The translations under genes and the position numbers were made by a program. Below the pieces are notes generated by a model, which was not told the DNA's origin, made no database searches, and worked only from the letters and a program-made list of their open reading frames with translations. Positions 34,313 to 45,800 of a DNA stretch of 64,000 bases are shown piece after piece; within the stretch, counting starts at the first letter, position 1, and each line of letters starts with the position of its first letter. Origin of the DNA: Amphiscolops sp. MND2022 (Eukaryota). The stretch spans positions 14,510,001 to 14,574,000 of the forward strand of contig OZ076409.1 in assembly GCA_964187785.1 (NCBI GenBank), given 5' to 3'.

Positions 34313-36640
34313 AACACTACTTTCGAAAATTTGACCACAAAAGAAACACATGCTAGAAATACTACCAACAGCTACAAATCTTGTTTGAAATTTTGCAAAG
34401 AAGCGCAAGTAGTGGCACATAAAAGATGTGTATCTAATAAATATTAAAAACTACGATTTCAAACTGTACTTTTTGGAACACTCCGATTAACTTTTCCAGC
34501 ATATCAATCCGAATCAGGAGAATGCTAGACGTGAAATTGCTCATTTAGACGCACTATGCTTCCCGCTATGATGCTTTTTTCTGATAATACTTGCAAATGG
34601 AACCTAATAACAGTTGACAAAAATGAATGGGATTTAAGAGGCTTATAAAAGAGGCTGATACTATTTGATTGAAATGCAGAAATGCTTCCTTCATTTTTCA
34701 TTCCCAGACATTTTGACACCTGCAGTTGCATGTTTCTCTTTAGGATAATCCCTCGACAGTTAAACAAAAACGCCAATCATGACAAAAAGGACGGTCTTGT
34801 GAAATAAGGGATGCATGGCAATGTTCTAATCTGAATTGGTCTATGAAAAGAATTTTAGTCAACTGCTAAACTTCAATGCCATATGCATGAACGAAATCGT
34901 GACAACGGTTGAACAAACGAAACATGTGAAAACTTTCGTTTGAAGCACGGATTTATGTTACTGCGTGCATCATTCAAATTAGGAAATCATAAACATTTCA
35001 GAACAGACGAAAGTAGTAACGCGGTGAAAAAGAATTCACGTTGAATAAATCAGTTATTGAAAGAGTTTTTTAAGCGCTCGTGAATGAAAGGTGTTTTTTT
35101 CAGCCTTAACTCTTTTTCAGCCTCAAACAGGGCATCGACTTGTTCCCGGTTTGTTGATTTTGAACTTTTTGAAATGTGCCATTTATTAATCCATCCCTGT
35201 AGAAGTTTCAGCTCAAATTCGTTTACGATTTGAGAGGAAATCTACGAGGAAACTGAAACTAAATGAATGTAATTAGTGGCTGATGAGTTTTTTGACTTAG
35301 TTGAAAGTTGAAAAAAAAGTTGAAAAAAAACAAGCATTTAAAACTTGAAGGTTGTGTCCTCAAACCAAACTCCTGAATACATAGAAAATTACAAATTAGA
35401 AAATTGGTTTATATTTGTGGTAGATGTTTCAAACAATATAATCTACAAATTTCAAAAAAATTTTCGTTTTGTTCATTTTTATCAAACCAATTTTTTTATT
35501 TTTCTCATGTCCAGTCTCTTTAACTTTTCACTGAATTTTCACCAAAACCTAAACTGTCGACTATTTTTAAAATTGTTCTCGCAAACCTTTGCCCCTTATT
35601 TTTCACAAAAAAATGAAATGTACATGTGTTGCCTTTTTGTCTACTTTTCTCCAACATATTTTGCCAAAAACTGAATTACTGAAAAGATAGATTCTATGAG
35701 AGTCTTCTCAAAAGACAATTGTATTTTAAAATTGTATTTTGAAATATTTTAAAATATCAATAAATTACAGCAAGTCGCCTCTCATTCATTGAGCTTTGAC
35801 TGATGAAATTCGAAATATTGGTTCCTAGATACAGCTTCGTTTTCCAGTGAAATCCATATCTTCGTTTTCCACATTTTGAACGAGCATGGATCACTGGAAA
35901 AGAAAACTTCTTGAATTCGGATATTGGAATAGGTCAGATTGGAAAATTTGTTTGTCAAAATTGTTCGATCGATTCCATCGTCATGAATCGATACCTGTCA
36001 ACACCTCCATTCATGGGCCCTTAGCTATTATTCTTGCTCGCGAGGCTTCACTTGGAATTGAAGTTTTTCAAGACAAATTTTGACATCTATTGGATAAACT
36101 CTCCCTTTTAAAAACATAGACAGTTGCCACGGGTGGAGAAAGAAATTGGAAGGAAATGACATTGAATTATTCAGTGACTTGAGTGAAGTAATTTCTCGAT
36201 TCATTCCAGATGGAGGAACATTATTTCAACCAATCGCGTTGGTCCATTCTCTGGTAGCAACAAGAATTGAAATTACGCCAAAATAGTCAAAATTTCTTCT
36301 CAGGTCTTCGAGCAGTTCAAATGTGAAGATTCGCTTTTTTGAAACCAGAGAATGAGGTTTGTTTAAAAATAGGTCAGAGAAGGTAAATTTGTTCACCTTT
36401 ATCCTTTATCCAGGAAGAAACCCAGGACATCTAATTCACAGCTATACTGACATTGAAGGGTTACTTTTTAAGGTCAGAGCAACAGTCTCAATTTAAAAAA
36501 AAAAAAAAAAAACACTGTATTTCCAGCTTGAAATAGTATTAAAAAATGCCATTCCATTTCAAGAGGCATTGTATATGTACAATATAAGTGTTAAAAAGCG
36601 TAATTAAAGGTATGTAAAAGGGGGTGATTATGGGGACAAA

Positions 36641-39600
36641 TTATGTAAAACGGTAAACACTCCAACATTTTATTCCATATTGTGGTCGGTCTATATCATT
36701 TTCGTATCTTTTGAAAAGAAAAGATTTGATTCTTTTTTTCATGGTTTCGTATGAGATTTTCTCCTTTATCATATTTTTCGGTAGAGTGTTCCACAAGGGT
36801 AATGTTCTTTTAAAGAAACAGTTGCGTAGAAATTCAGATCTTATTGTCATATCTGAGTATTCAGTTTGTGTTCTTTTATGTATCATTATCTTTGCAGTCG
36901 GTAACTGTAGTTTATTATTAAAAGCTGGAATCAGGTTATTTTTATATTTCCAAAGGTATGAAAGGCATTTGTAGTCTAAAAAATATCGGATAGGAAGGAT
37001 TTTATGTCGCATTTTGAGATTTGTTGAATGGTCAAACTTAGATCTGTTGAAACAGGCTTTGATTCCCCAATTCAACTGTTTTTCGAGAGTTGTAATCAAG
37101 TTTTCACTGATGCCAGTTAGTAAGATAGCAGAATAATGTAGGTGACTAAGAACTAAGGCATTGAGTAATAATAAACGTGTCGCAATTGGAAAAATATCAC
37201 GTATCGCATAAAGTGTTTTGATGCCGGTAGCCATTTTCCGGAGGATGTTTTTCACTTCATCTTGAAATTTCAAATTCTGGTCCAGATAAACGCCTAAGTA
37301 TTTCACAGTTGTTGATGTATTGATAATTTGATTTTTAACCTTCAAGGTATGATTTCTGGCAATATCGTTTTTAGATGGTTTACAAAAACAGATAAACTCC
37401 GTTTTGTCTGCATTGATTGTTAACTGGTGACTCTCGAAGAAATTGACAAGGCTTTCTATTGTTTGTTGTAAATTATTACGAGCTTCCGTTAGATCGTTAT
37501 GTGAACTAAAGATCATAGTATCATCAGCATATTGGATTAAGTTACAATTTTCCATGACAGATTGTTGCATGTCATTAACATAGATGTTGAAAAGAAGTGG
37601 TCCGAGAACTGTCCCTTGTGGAACACCTTGGTATAGTTGAATCCAATCTGAGTTACATGTGGATAATTTAACCATTTGACATCTTTCAGTTAAAAAACTC
37701 TTTATCATTTTGATTGCCTTTTCATCGAAATTAAGATGATGCAATTTTTCTAAAAGGATTTCATGAGACATCGAATTGAATGCTTTAGATAGGTCTAAGA
37801 AAGCAGCTGCTGTGCTTCGGTTGTCATCTAGATCCTTTCTTATATTTTCCGTAGCGAATAGTAATGCATCCGTAGTTGAATATTTTGCTCGGAACCCAAA
37901 TTGCAATGGGCCCAGTAATTTGTTCCTTTCAAGGTATTCGTTCATTTGTTCTCTTAGGATTTGTTCAAAAACTTTTGCTAGAGAAGATGTGATTGATATT
38001 GGTCTGTAATTATCAGGATCTTCATTATCACCCTTTTTATAGATCGGTATAACATGGGCTTGTTTTAGGTGCTCTGGAAATTTACCTTCTTCAATAAAGG
38101 CATTTATCATGAAGCAAAGCGGTTCAGCTAGTAAATTTAAACAATCTTTCAGCGCCCAAGCTGGGATGTCAGATGGGCCTAACGGTTTGTTCTTATTTAA
38201 ACGTTTCAAATGTTTTTTGCATTGAAATATGGAGATGGGCTGAAGGCTGAATTTTCTATTATTGTTTTTTATTTCTTTCGAGGTAGTATTCATATATTGT
38301 CTGGCCTGTCCGAAATACTCTCCTAATTTTGAGAAACGGTAGTTCAGTAAGTTTGCAATTCGTTTTTGATCAGTCACTATGTCTCCGAAACTGTTTTTCA
38401 GGCTGAATATTTCTGTTTTCATTCGCTTACTATTCCTGGTCTCGTTGATGAAATTCCATCTGTCACGTTCAGATTTCAGATTATTGAAATATTCAATTTG
38501 AAAATCTGAACGATTAGAGTTAATATTTTCTATTAGGTTATTTTGAATTTGTTGGTAAATTAACGACTGTGGTTCCATGTTAGAGTTAATTTTCTGGTAC
38601 AAGTTTTTTGTTTTCTCCTTTATCCATTTTTGTTCTATTGTTAGCTTGTTTTTATCATTTCTAATAAAAACTGTTTTCTTGGGTGCACATCGTCGCAATG
38701 CTTTTTCTATAATATTTGTGAAAACTGTAAACATCCCTTCAGCACAGGTTTGATTGTAAAACAAACACCAGTTGCTGTTACTGATCAATTTTCTTAGTTC
38801 TTCGACTCTGTAGTCTGTTTTATCGAAAATTTCTTTGAGTGTAACTTTTGGAGGTTTATGTATTTTAATATCCGTAATGATTGATGTCGCATAATGATCG
38901 CTCATTTTTCCTTTGATTGTTCTGAGAGGTGTATCGGATATATAGGTTCGTTTATATTCCGGTAGATCTGTAATGATATAGTCGAGAAGAGATTTGCAAT
39001 TGCCTGATATTCTTGTGGGTATATTTTCATTTGTGATTTTCAATCCATAAGGTATCATAATTGTGTCTAAACTTTGTTTTTCTTTTTTATTGAGATAATC
39101 CAAGTTGTAGTCTCCCATTAATGTTATGGGTTTATTTTCAGTTACCGCATAATCTATGCTTGTTGATAATTCTTCTAGAAAACTATTGAGAAGAGCTTTG
39201 TTGGGGTTATAACTCACATTTATCAGTTGTTTCTTCTTATTGGATACATCATTGTTGATATTACACTCAATCCATAAACTCTCAAAATCATGCTCATTAG
39301 TATGAACTAAGTCTTTTCTTAACTTTGGATTGAGATTTTTTGGTACAATTATCATTGCTCCACCACCTCTCATTTTTTTGGTAAGTTTTCGATCGGCTCG
39401 GAATGTTTTGAAGTGATCTTTGTTCAATTCCCAAAACGTTTCATCGTCACAATTTTTTAGCCACGTTTCGGTGAGGCCATAAATACAATTTTCTCCAAGA
39501 TCGCTAATAATGGATTCAATCTGGGTTTTTTTGTGCAGCATGCTTTGACAGTTTACATGGAAGAACTTGAGTTGTTTCATGTTTCTGGCGAATTGCTCAG

Positions 39601-39883
39601 TTAAAAACTTGAAATTAATACTTGGACCAGGATTTATTTCAACATCGCCTGATAGTAGTAGGCGTTGATTATCTCTATAACTGTTGTAACACTTCAATAG
39701 TCTTGTTTTTCTTCGTCTTGTTGTCATTTTGTATTTCAGTCCAAAAGTTTTGGAATATTTGGTTGGAGTGTTTAGCGATACATAAAAATATACAGCAATG
39801 GGATGTGGCATCTTGGTTTCATTGGACACGCTAAAAAAGGTAAAGAGGGCGAGGATCATAAGATAAGATCCTGTCCCAATCAT
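36641..39883 (-). CDS. LINE ORF2: hydrophobic leader, 2A-like peptide, AP endonuclease, reverse transcriptase
   Basis: LLLSGDVEINPGP; APE HVNCQS, LTETW, MGDYN, LDYI, SDH; RT NYRPIS, QFGFR, DLSKAFN, GVPQGTVLGP, YADDT, KYLGV. Uninterrupted 1080 aa. Confidence 0.96.
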   Translation of the reverse strand: MIGTGSYLMILALFTFFSVSNETKMPHPIAVYFYVSLNTPTKYSKTFGLKYKMTTRRRKTRLLKCYNSYRDNQRLLLSGDVEINPGPSINFKFLTEQFARNMKQLKFFHVNCQSMLHKKTQIESIISDLGENCIYGLTETWLKNCDDETFWELNKDHFKTFRADRKLTKKMRGGGAMIIVPKNLNPKLRKDLVHTNEHDFESLWIECNINNDVSNKKKQLINVSYNPNKALLNSFLEELSTSIDYAVTENKPITLMGDYNLDYLNKKEKQSLDTIMIPYGLKITNENIPTRISGNCKSLLDYIITDLPEYKRTYISDTPLRTIKGKMSDHYATSIITDIKIHKPPKVTLKEIFDKTDYRVEELRKLISNSNWCLFYNQTCAEGMFTVFTNIIEKALRRCAPKKTVFIRNDKNKLTIEQKWIKEKTKNLYQKINSNMEPQSLIYQQIQNNLIENINSNRSDFQIEYFNNLKSERDRWNFINETRNSKRMKTEIFSLKNSFGDIVTDQKRIANLLNYRFSKLGEYFGQARQYMNTTSKEIKNNNRKFSLQPISIFQCKKHLKRLNKNKPLGPSDIPAWALKDCLNLLAEPLCFMINAFIEEGKFPEHLKQAHVIPIYKKGDNEDPDNYRPISITSSLAKVFEQILREQMNEYLERNKLLGPLQFGFRAKYSTTDALLFATENIRKDLDDNRSTAAAFLDLSKAFNSMSHEILLEKLHHLNFDEKAIKMIKSFLTERCQMVKLSTCNSDWIQLYQGVPQGTVLGPLLFNIYVNDMQQSVMENCNLIQYADDTMIFSSHNDLTEARNNLQQTIESLVNFFESHQLTINADKTEFICFCKPSKNDIARNHTLKVKNQIINTSTTVKYLGVYLDQNLKFQDEVKNILRKMATGIKTLYAIRDIFPIATRLLLLNALVLSHLHYSAILLTGISENLITTLEKQLNWGIKACFNRSKFDHSTNLKMRHKILPIRYFLDYKCLSYLWKYKNNLIPAFNNKLQLPTAKIMIHKRTQTEYSDMTIRSEFLRNCFFKRTLPLWNTLPKNMIKEKISYETMKKRIKSFLFKRYENDIDRPQYGIKCWSVYRFT

Positions 39884-39917
39884 TTCAATTGATAACTATC
39901 CGTTTCGTTTGCCATTT

Positions 39918-40023
39918 GATCCTCGCCGTCTTAATTTTTGATCCTCGCCGTCTTAATTTTGATCCTCGCCGTCTTAATTTTGATCCTCGCCGTCTTAATT
40001 TTTGATCCTCGCCGTCTTAATTT
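39918..40023 (-). repeat. 5 x 21-22-bp tandem repeat at the LINE 5' end
   Basis: gatcctcgccgtcttaattt(t/tt) at 39918, 39940, 39961, 39982, 40004. Confidence 0.97.
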
Positions 40024-40643
40024 CATAGTGACTTTCGAAACATGAAAGCTTTAAGATAGACTGTAATAATTTCTGCATTTCAGCTAAAACTAATCACGAG
40101 CGTTCGAACGGACAGAACTTTTTTATAACAATGTTTACTGTAAAAAAATGGGAAAACAAAATATAAAATCTACCAAACCTTCAAAAAATGTTTTGAAATT
40201 AACTTGTTGAATCAGATTCATAACGTTGTAATTATATAGTGTTTAAGAGCATCATTTTTCCCAAAGTAATGACACTCTAAGTGCTTTCATCCATGATCAA
40301 AGATAGCATTATGGCTTTTCATCCATGATCATCCATTAATCATGGATACCTTTCCATGATCATGGAATGATTCTCGGCATGGCAAACCGATGAATCTTGA
40401 ATGTAAAGCCATGGCCTATATACCTCGGTTGCACTGTTTCTTTTTTTAGGCTCTGAGTTATGAGGTCATCAAAAACCACGTGTCAATGATATTACTAGTC
40501 TTCGAATTGCTGCGCAGACTATGAAGAAAATTAGTATTTTGAGATCGCTCAATCTAATTCAACTGGTTGATAAATTAAGTATGAAAGCAAGTGACAAAGC
40601 GGAAAAACTTTTGAAAAAAAGTATGTCTAGCAGCAATTAATTG

Positions 40644-42167
40644 AACAAGCAAGTCGGGAACGGCCCAAATCGGGAACGCCCCAAGTCGGCGCCCGCGCAA
40701 GGTTGAAACAGATTTGATTTCATTTTTCAAAATAGGGTTTTTTGATGTTTCGAGTAATGGAAAAAGCAGTTTTCGAGTCTTACGGGCATGATGTACAAAA
40801 CATATTGTATTTAAATATATTGACAATATATAAATTAAATGTAGTTATTTTTAGTTTTGTACAATACAATATATTTATTGTTTGTTCCAATGTATTTGTG
40901 TTTGGACCAATATATTTTGATATTCATTTCAATGTCGGCAAGTAAAAAAACAAATGTATTATCTTGACTTTTGCACGTGAAATACACGAAACTCATATCA
41001 ATTTCTTGGCCAACTGTTATAAAGAATTTATATTCAGTTACCAGTCGTGTAGAAAAATCGATTCAGTAAGTTTGGTAAAAATTAATGATGGTTATAAATA
41101 CAGTCCTAGAGGTGTACGAACAAAATCTCTGTTCGAACAATATCTTTTTTTTCCTCACACAATATTGTACAATATATTTAATATATTTGTTAGCCAGCAA
41201 CAAATGAAAATATTTATTTTTCAAGAAAATAATATTTAAATACAAAATTTTACATCCCTGCTTACGGGCATCCCTTTGTGTATTCACTCGAGTAAAGTGT
41301 TTTAAATATGCAAATGGACGCTACTGTGAAAATTTTCATCAAAAGTACAGTGCCAAAAATACACAAAAGAACACCCATAAGACTCAAAAACCACTTTTTC
41401 CATTACTCGAAACTTCAAAAAACCCAAATTTGAAAAACAGTATTTTTTTCGGACAAAGTTTCATTGCCGAGAAACCTAAAAGGACATCCTTCATGTTTGC
41501 GAAACGTTTTTTCCAAACCGGAAATTTTCTTAAGTGAAGGGGGTACAATTTGACCACAGGAAATTTTTCTCGAGAAACGTCGCACAGTTCCAAAACAATT
41601 GTAGGTCTCCAGCAATTATTGAGAAACTTCGTAGTCCGACATGTCCAAAAAGAACCAGAGAGGGTACCCTTAAGACTCAGAAAACAGTTCTTCTAATCAA
41701 AAAACTTGTAAAACCAAAAACCAATGTATTTGAATATTTTCGAAAAAAATGTCTTTTGTTTAAAAAATTCTACGACAACTGGCATGGTGCCAAAGAAAGC
41801 CTAAGCGCGGCTTCTATGCTCACAAAATGCTTTGTTTCAGTTAAAAACTAAACGGGGAAGTTCGTTTTTTTTTAAAGTTCAGAAAAAAGTAGTATAGTGC
41901 GTACAAAACACCAAAGAGAACTTTTGGTCTCCCCTTTTTTGTCAGCTTGAAAAATTTTTGACAAGCGCAAGTTTCGAAACCACGTAAACTGATTCCGAGC
42001 TACTGTCTCACCTGCGGTAAAAGAACTAGGCCAAGTGAGTGGATGTAGCCAATTATAGTTACTAAGTTACAACTTTTAGATTTGCTTAAAGAAACCTGTC
42101 AGTTCGTTAGTCTTTTGAGAACAGCACAATTATAGTCGCGTTTTTTATCGAAATGCGCCGACTAAAA
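40644..42167 (-). mobile_element. Helentron-like element carrying a nested hAT MITE
   Basis: AACAAG...CGGGAACG(G)CCCAAGTCGGCGCC at left (locally duplicated) and TATAGTCGCG...GCGCCGACTAAAA at right. Confidence 0.6.
40787..41260. mobile_element. hAT-type MITE
   Basis: Perfect 8-bp TSD CTTACGGG (40779-40786, 41261-41268). The right TIR reads CAGGGATGTAAAA on the - strand; the left TIR is a degenerate CATGATGTACAAAA. Confidence 0.8.
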
Positions 42168-42539
42168 GTGAAGTTAGTATCTGATTACAACTGTTTTGGT
42201 TGGAGTGATTCAACTTTTTCAAAACGATACAAAACGATTCAACCTTGATGGTCTTTTTTGAACATTTAAAGTGTGCGCAATATGCGAAGCTTTTGAATAC
42301 TTGCAAGATAATGTGTTCGATATTCTACGAACAATTGATAGCTCTAAAGTGTAAAAGTTTTTGAATAAAATTGGTGATTCAGCGCCTCACGTTCGCCTCA
42401 TCATAAATTAACGCCGAATTCATCAAATTCTAGCAATCAAATTTTCTCTGTGGAAATTGCTTTTTTGCTGGACAGAGGAATTATCCGCATTCAAATGAAG
42501 GTACTTCTTTTCTCAGACAGTATGAAGATTCCTGGATCA

Positions 42540-42830
42540 AATCCCCTTTTCATTAAGAAAAGATTAAAACGGTCCCCTTGTAACGTCCACCTAGCAGCGT
42601 ACATCATAGAAGTAGGAGAATGCCTAGGGTGGTTCAGAAGGTTGCCTCAACAGAAGTCCGGACACGTCTCACAAGCCTGTAAAAACGAATCCTAAGGTTC
42701 CTAACGTTCCTGCGACTTCCTACATACTCCCGAGGTCCGAAAACAGATGTCTAGCAAAGGCACATTCTATTAGATGAATAGTATCTAAAGTATTGACAAT
42801 AAAGATCTAGTAGATCCGGTACCATCACCA
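42540..42830 (+). repeat. Dispersed repeat, related to about 45330-45600
   Basis: Shared aagtcc.ga.acgtc.cacaagc...gttcctg.gac.tcctacatactcccgaggtcc block; boundaries approximate. Confidence 0.55.
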
Positions 42831-45800
42831 ATCTGTGAAACAACATCCAAAATAATGAAATTAATCAATTTCACATTCTGCACTCTCATGGAGTTTTCAG
42901 GGTTTTGGAGCAAACCGTCGAAGGGTTACGTTTTCTTCTCGGTTTTTTTGAGGCATTTTCCTGGGTTAGATGCCACAACACTGCGTTTTTCCGTCAGTTT
43001 TCAGCTTTTCTGGGGCCTGTGTCTGTGTCTTTTCGGTTTTCGAGGGTTTCGGGGAGGTTTTTTGGGTTCTTTTTTGGGTTCTTTTTGATTTCAGGGACCT
43101 GCTCGGTCGGCCATTTTGAATTGTCCTATTTGACATCGCACACTTTTTGAATTTCAACGAAATTTTGTTTCGATGGGTGGCGGACGTTACACCTCGAAAA
43201 ACCCATGTGAACACTAATTTTGGGTAGTTAATTCGAATTTGCTCACTCTCGCTCAAATGTATAATGTTTCCAATGTTCATTAAAAGAACGAACCTTTCAT
43301 AGCTGCAAAATATTCAAAGTTAAGATCTTTAAAAATCTTGAGGAACCCATGAAGCATTGGCCGATGTCATGAAAAGTTATAATAGATGAAACTGTAGCTA
43401 TATAGATAATGATAAATTATGGAATGGTTATCCCAAAAAATATCCATTTAACTTTTTGCAATTGCTAATTCCTTCAGTTGTTTATTTTTCCTGCTTTTGA
43501 ATTTGCAATCATTGCTTACAGTGACTTTTGACATTGTCATACTGTTGCAAATAACTCTGATCATACATACAGGTAGAACCCGGTATCATCAAAAACAATT
43601 TTGATTTTGTTGTTTTAATATTGTCAGTATGGTTTTGTTAATACCATTTTTACAGCTCACTCTAAAGGCAAACGCTGAAAAAGAAAAGCATCTCATCGAT
43701 TTCATTTCGGCGTTGGCTTTTCAAATCTATCGGACAACTGAAAAAGTCTTTTTTCCCGTTTTACGTATACTTGGTATTGATTATAACTAGCACATATCGT
43801 TCAAGTGGAAGATCTAATACAAATATCAGCTCACAAACAAAACAAAAAACCGTTTCAGATCTGAACATGAGCAGCGGGGTAAAGGTTTCAGCGTTTCGCC
43901 TTGAAATCGAGCGAACCTTTGTGTGTTTTTTGAGAAGATAAAAAAAGCTAATTGCGGAAAAAAATTAACAAAGATAGCAACAGTGCAAATTTTCGTAGTT
44001 TGGAGCGAGTCTCTTTTTGGTCCTTCCTTAATGGAATGGAAAACACACTTCTACCGTGGATTTTTAAGGGTCGTTTTGTACCATTTTTAGTTTTTTCTCA
44101 CACAAAAATTTTCAGAGAAGATAATGTTGAAGGTCCTGTTACAATCAAGTTGAATGTGAATTGACGAACGTTCCATTTCTTGCAAACGATGAGTAGTCAA
44201 CTCCATTTTTTTCAACTTAGTTTGTCTACAATAATTACTGACTTCATTGTTGTGAAACCTTTCAAAAAAATATTCGATTCCCTGAAAAAAGCAGAATAAA
44301 TTGATACATAAGGTTCATCATTCTTCGGCAATTTTGATACCGAGCTTTAAGGATATTTTTTTTTCAACTTAAATGATTTTCTGTTCAGCTGCCCGCGTTG
44401 CCGTCCAATGATTTCCATGCTTGATCATGTACATCCTATGCTTCCATGCATGCTCAGGTGAATTCCATACTTGCGATCCGTGAACATGCATGGTTAGTGC
44501 ATGGTTCATGCATGGTCCATGCATGGAATCGCTGTTTTACGAAAACCATACAAAATCAAGACATGTATTTTGCGATCCACATAGTATGAAAACCACTCAT
44601 TATTAAATGTTCTTAATTGAAAAATTCATTCAAGGAGCAATTCAACCCAAATATATGATTTGAGTTTAATTGTGGTGTCACCACAAAAAAAATCAAAAAA
44701 ATCCAGTGATTAATTAAGGGAATCTTTGACACGGATCTTTCTTCTGTTTTACTTTTTCTTCGTTTACTGAGGTTTTTGTCTCCAGTTCTAGGAGTTCAGG
44801 GATTCAATGTACAGAAAAGAAAAGTGCCAAGTTAGATGAATGCATGGACCATGTTAATATGTTGATTCCATGCATGAAATCATTGTGAGCGGACATTCTG
44901 ACAACGATATTCTTGCCAAAATATCGATTGAAAATCATGATCGGGAAACAGATCTTAAGTCTTCAACAGATTTTAAGTCTTCACCTAAGATCATTCTTTT
45001 GTGGAACAGGATCCAAAATTGCTGCATTCTAGAAGTCGCTGTATTCAACTTTTTTATTGGCTTCATTCAACCTTTTAGGCTTTATTCTAGGAAACAATAT
45101 AGTAATTTCAGTTTCTATTCTACCACAATAGTGATCATAGGCCTTTTTCCACTAAAACAGAATAATTTTGGACGCTGTTCGTCCAGGATACACTAATTTT
45201 ATGCCGTATTCCAACAGTGAAACCAAACTGAGATCTGAGGACTGTCGTTTTAGAAAATTGCTGTATTTTTCCGGTAACGTCAAGCAAGAGGCGTACATAC
45301 TAGAGCTGGAATAATGACTAGGTTGCCTTGACGGGAGGTCTTACTACAACACTAAACATCAGTTTTTGTCCCAAAAGTTGTCTCCTGGGGGGACTATTCT
45401 AACGTCGAGGAGACTCCTCATCTAGAGCTCCGAGGCGAAGTGCCGGCACACTCAAAGTCCAGATACGTCACACAAGCACGTAAAAATCCTAATGTTCCTG
45501 TGACGTCCTACATACTCCCGAGGTCCAAAAAGGCAATCATCTGAAATACATTATATTGGGGACATATGATGAAAATAAGGGATCTAACTGATCAAATATC
45601 AGCATACATCTGCAAATAACTGTCAATTAAACACCATGTATCCCAAGAAAAACATCTGAAACAGTGGTAGCGAGTTTTTGGTCTGCGGAACAGTCCCGTG
45701 AAAAGTTGCATTTTCCTTCGGAATTCCGGGTGTGTCCGCATTTCATGGGAATGTCTGCAAAACTCTCCGACTGGATGTTTATGCATGTAATTACACAACA

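Larger units (their letters stand above)
36495..40023 (-). mobile_element. Non-LTR retrotransposon (CR1/L2/Crack/Daphne-like group)
   Basis: APE-RT ORF, about 130-bp 3' UTR, T18 tract at the sense 3' end, tandem repeats at the 5' end. Confidence 0.88.

Noticed and set aside
39918..40023. CRISPR-like array
   Set aside because: Units are directly adjacent with no unique spacers; no cas genes; eukaryotic context.
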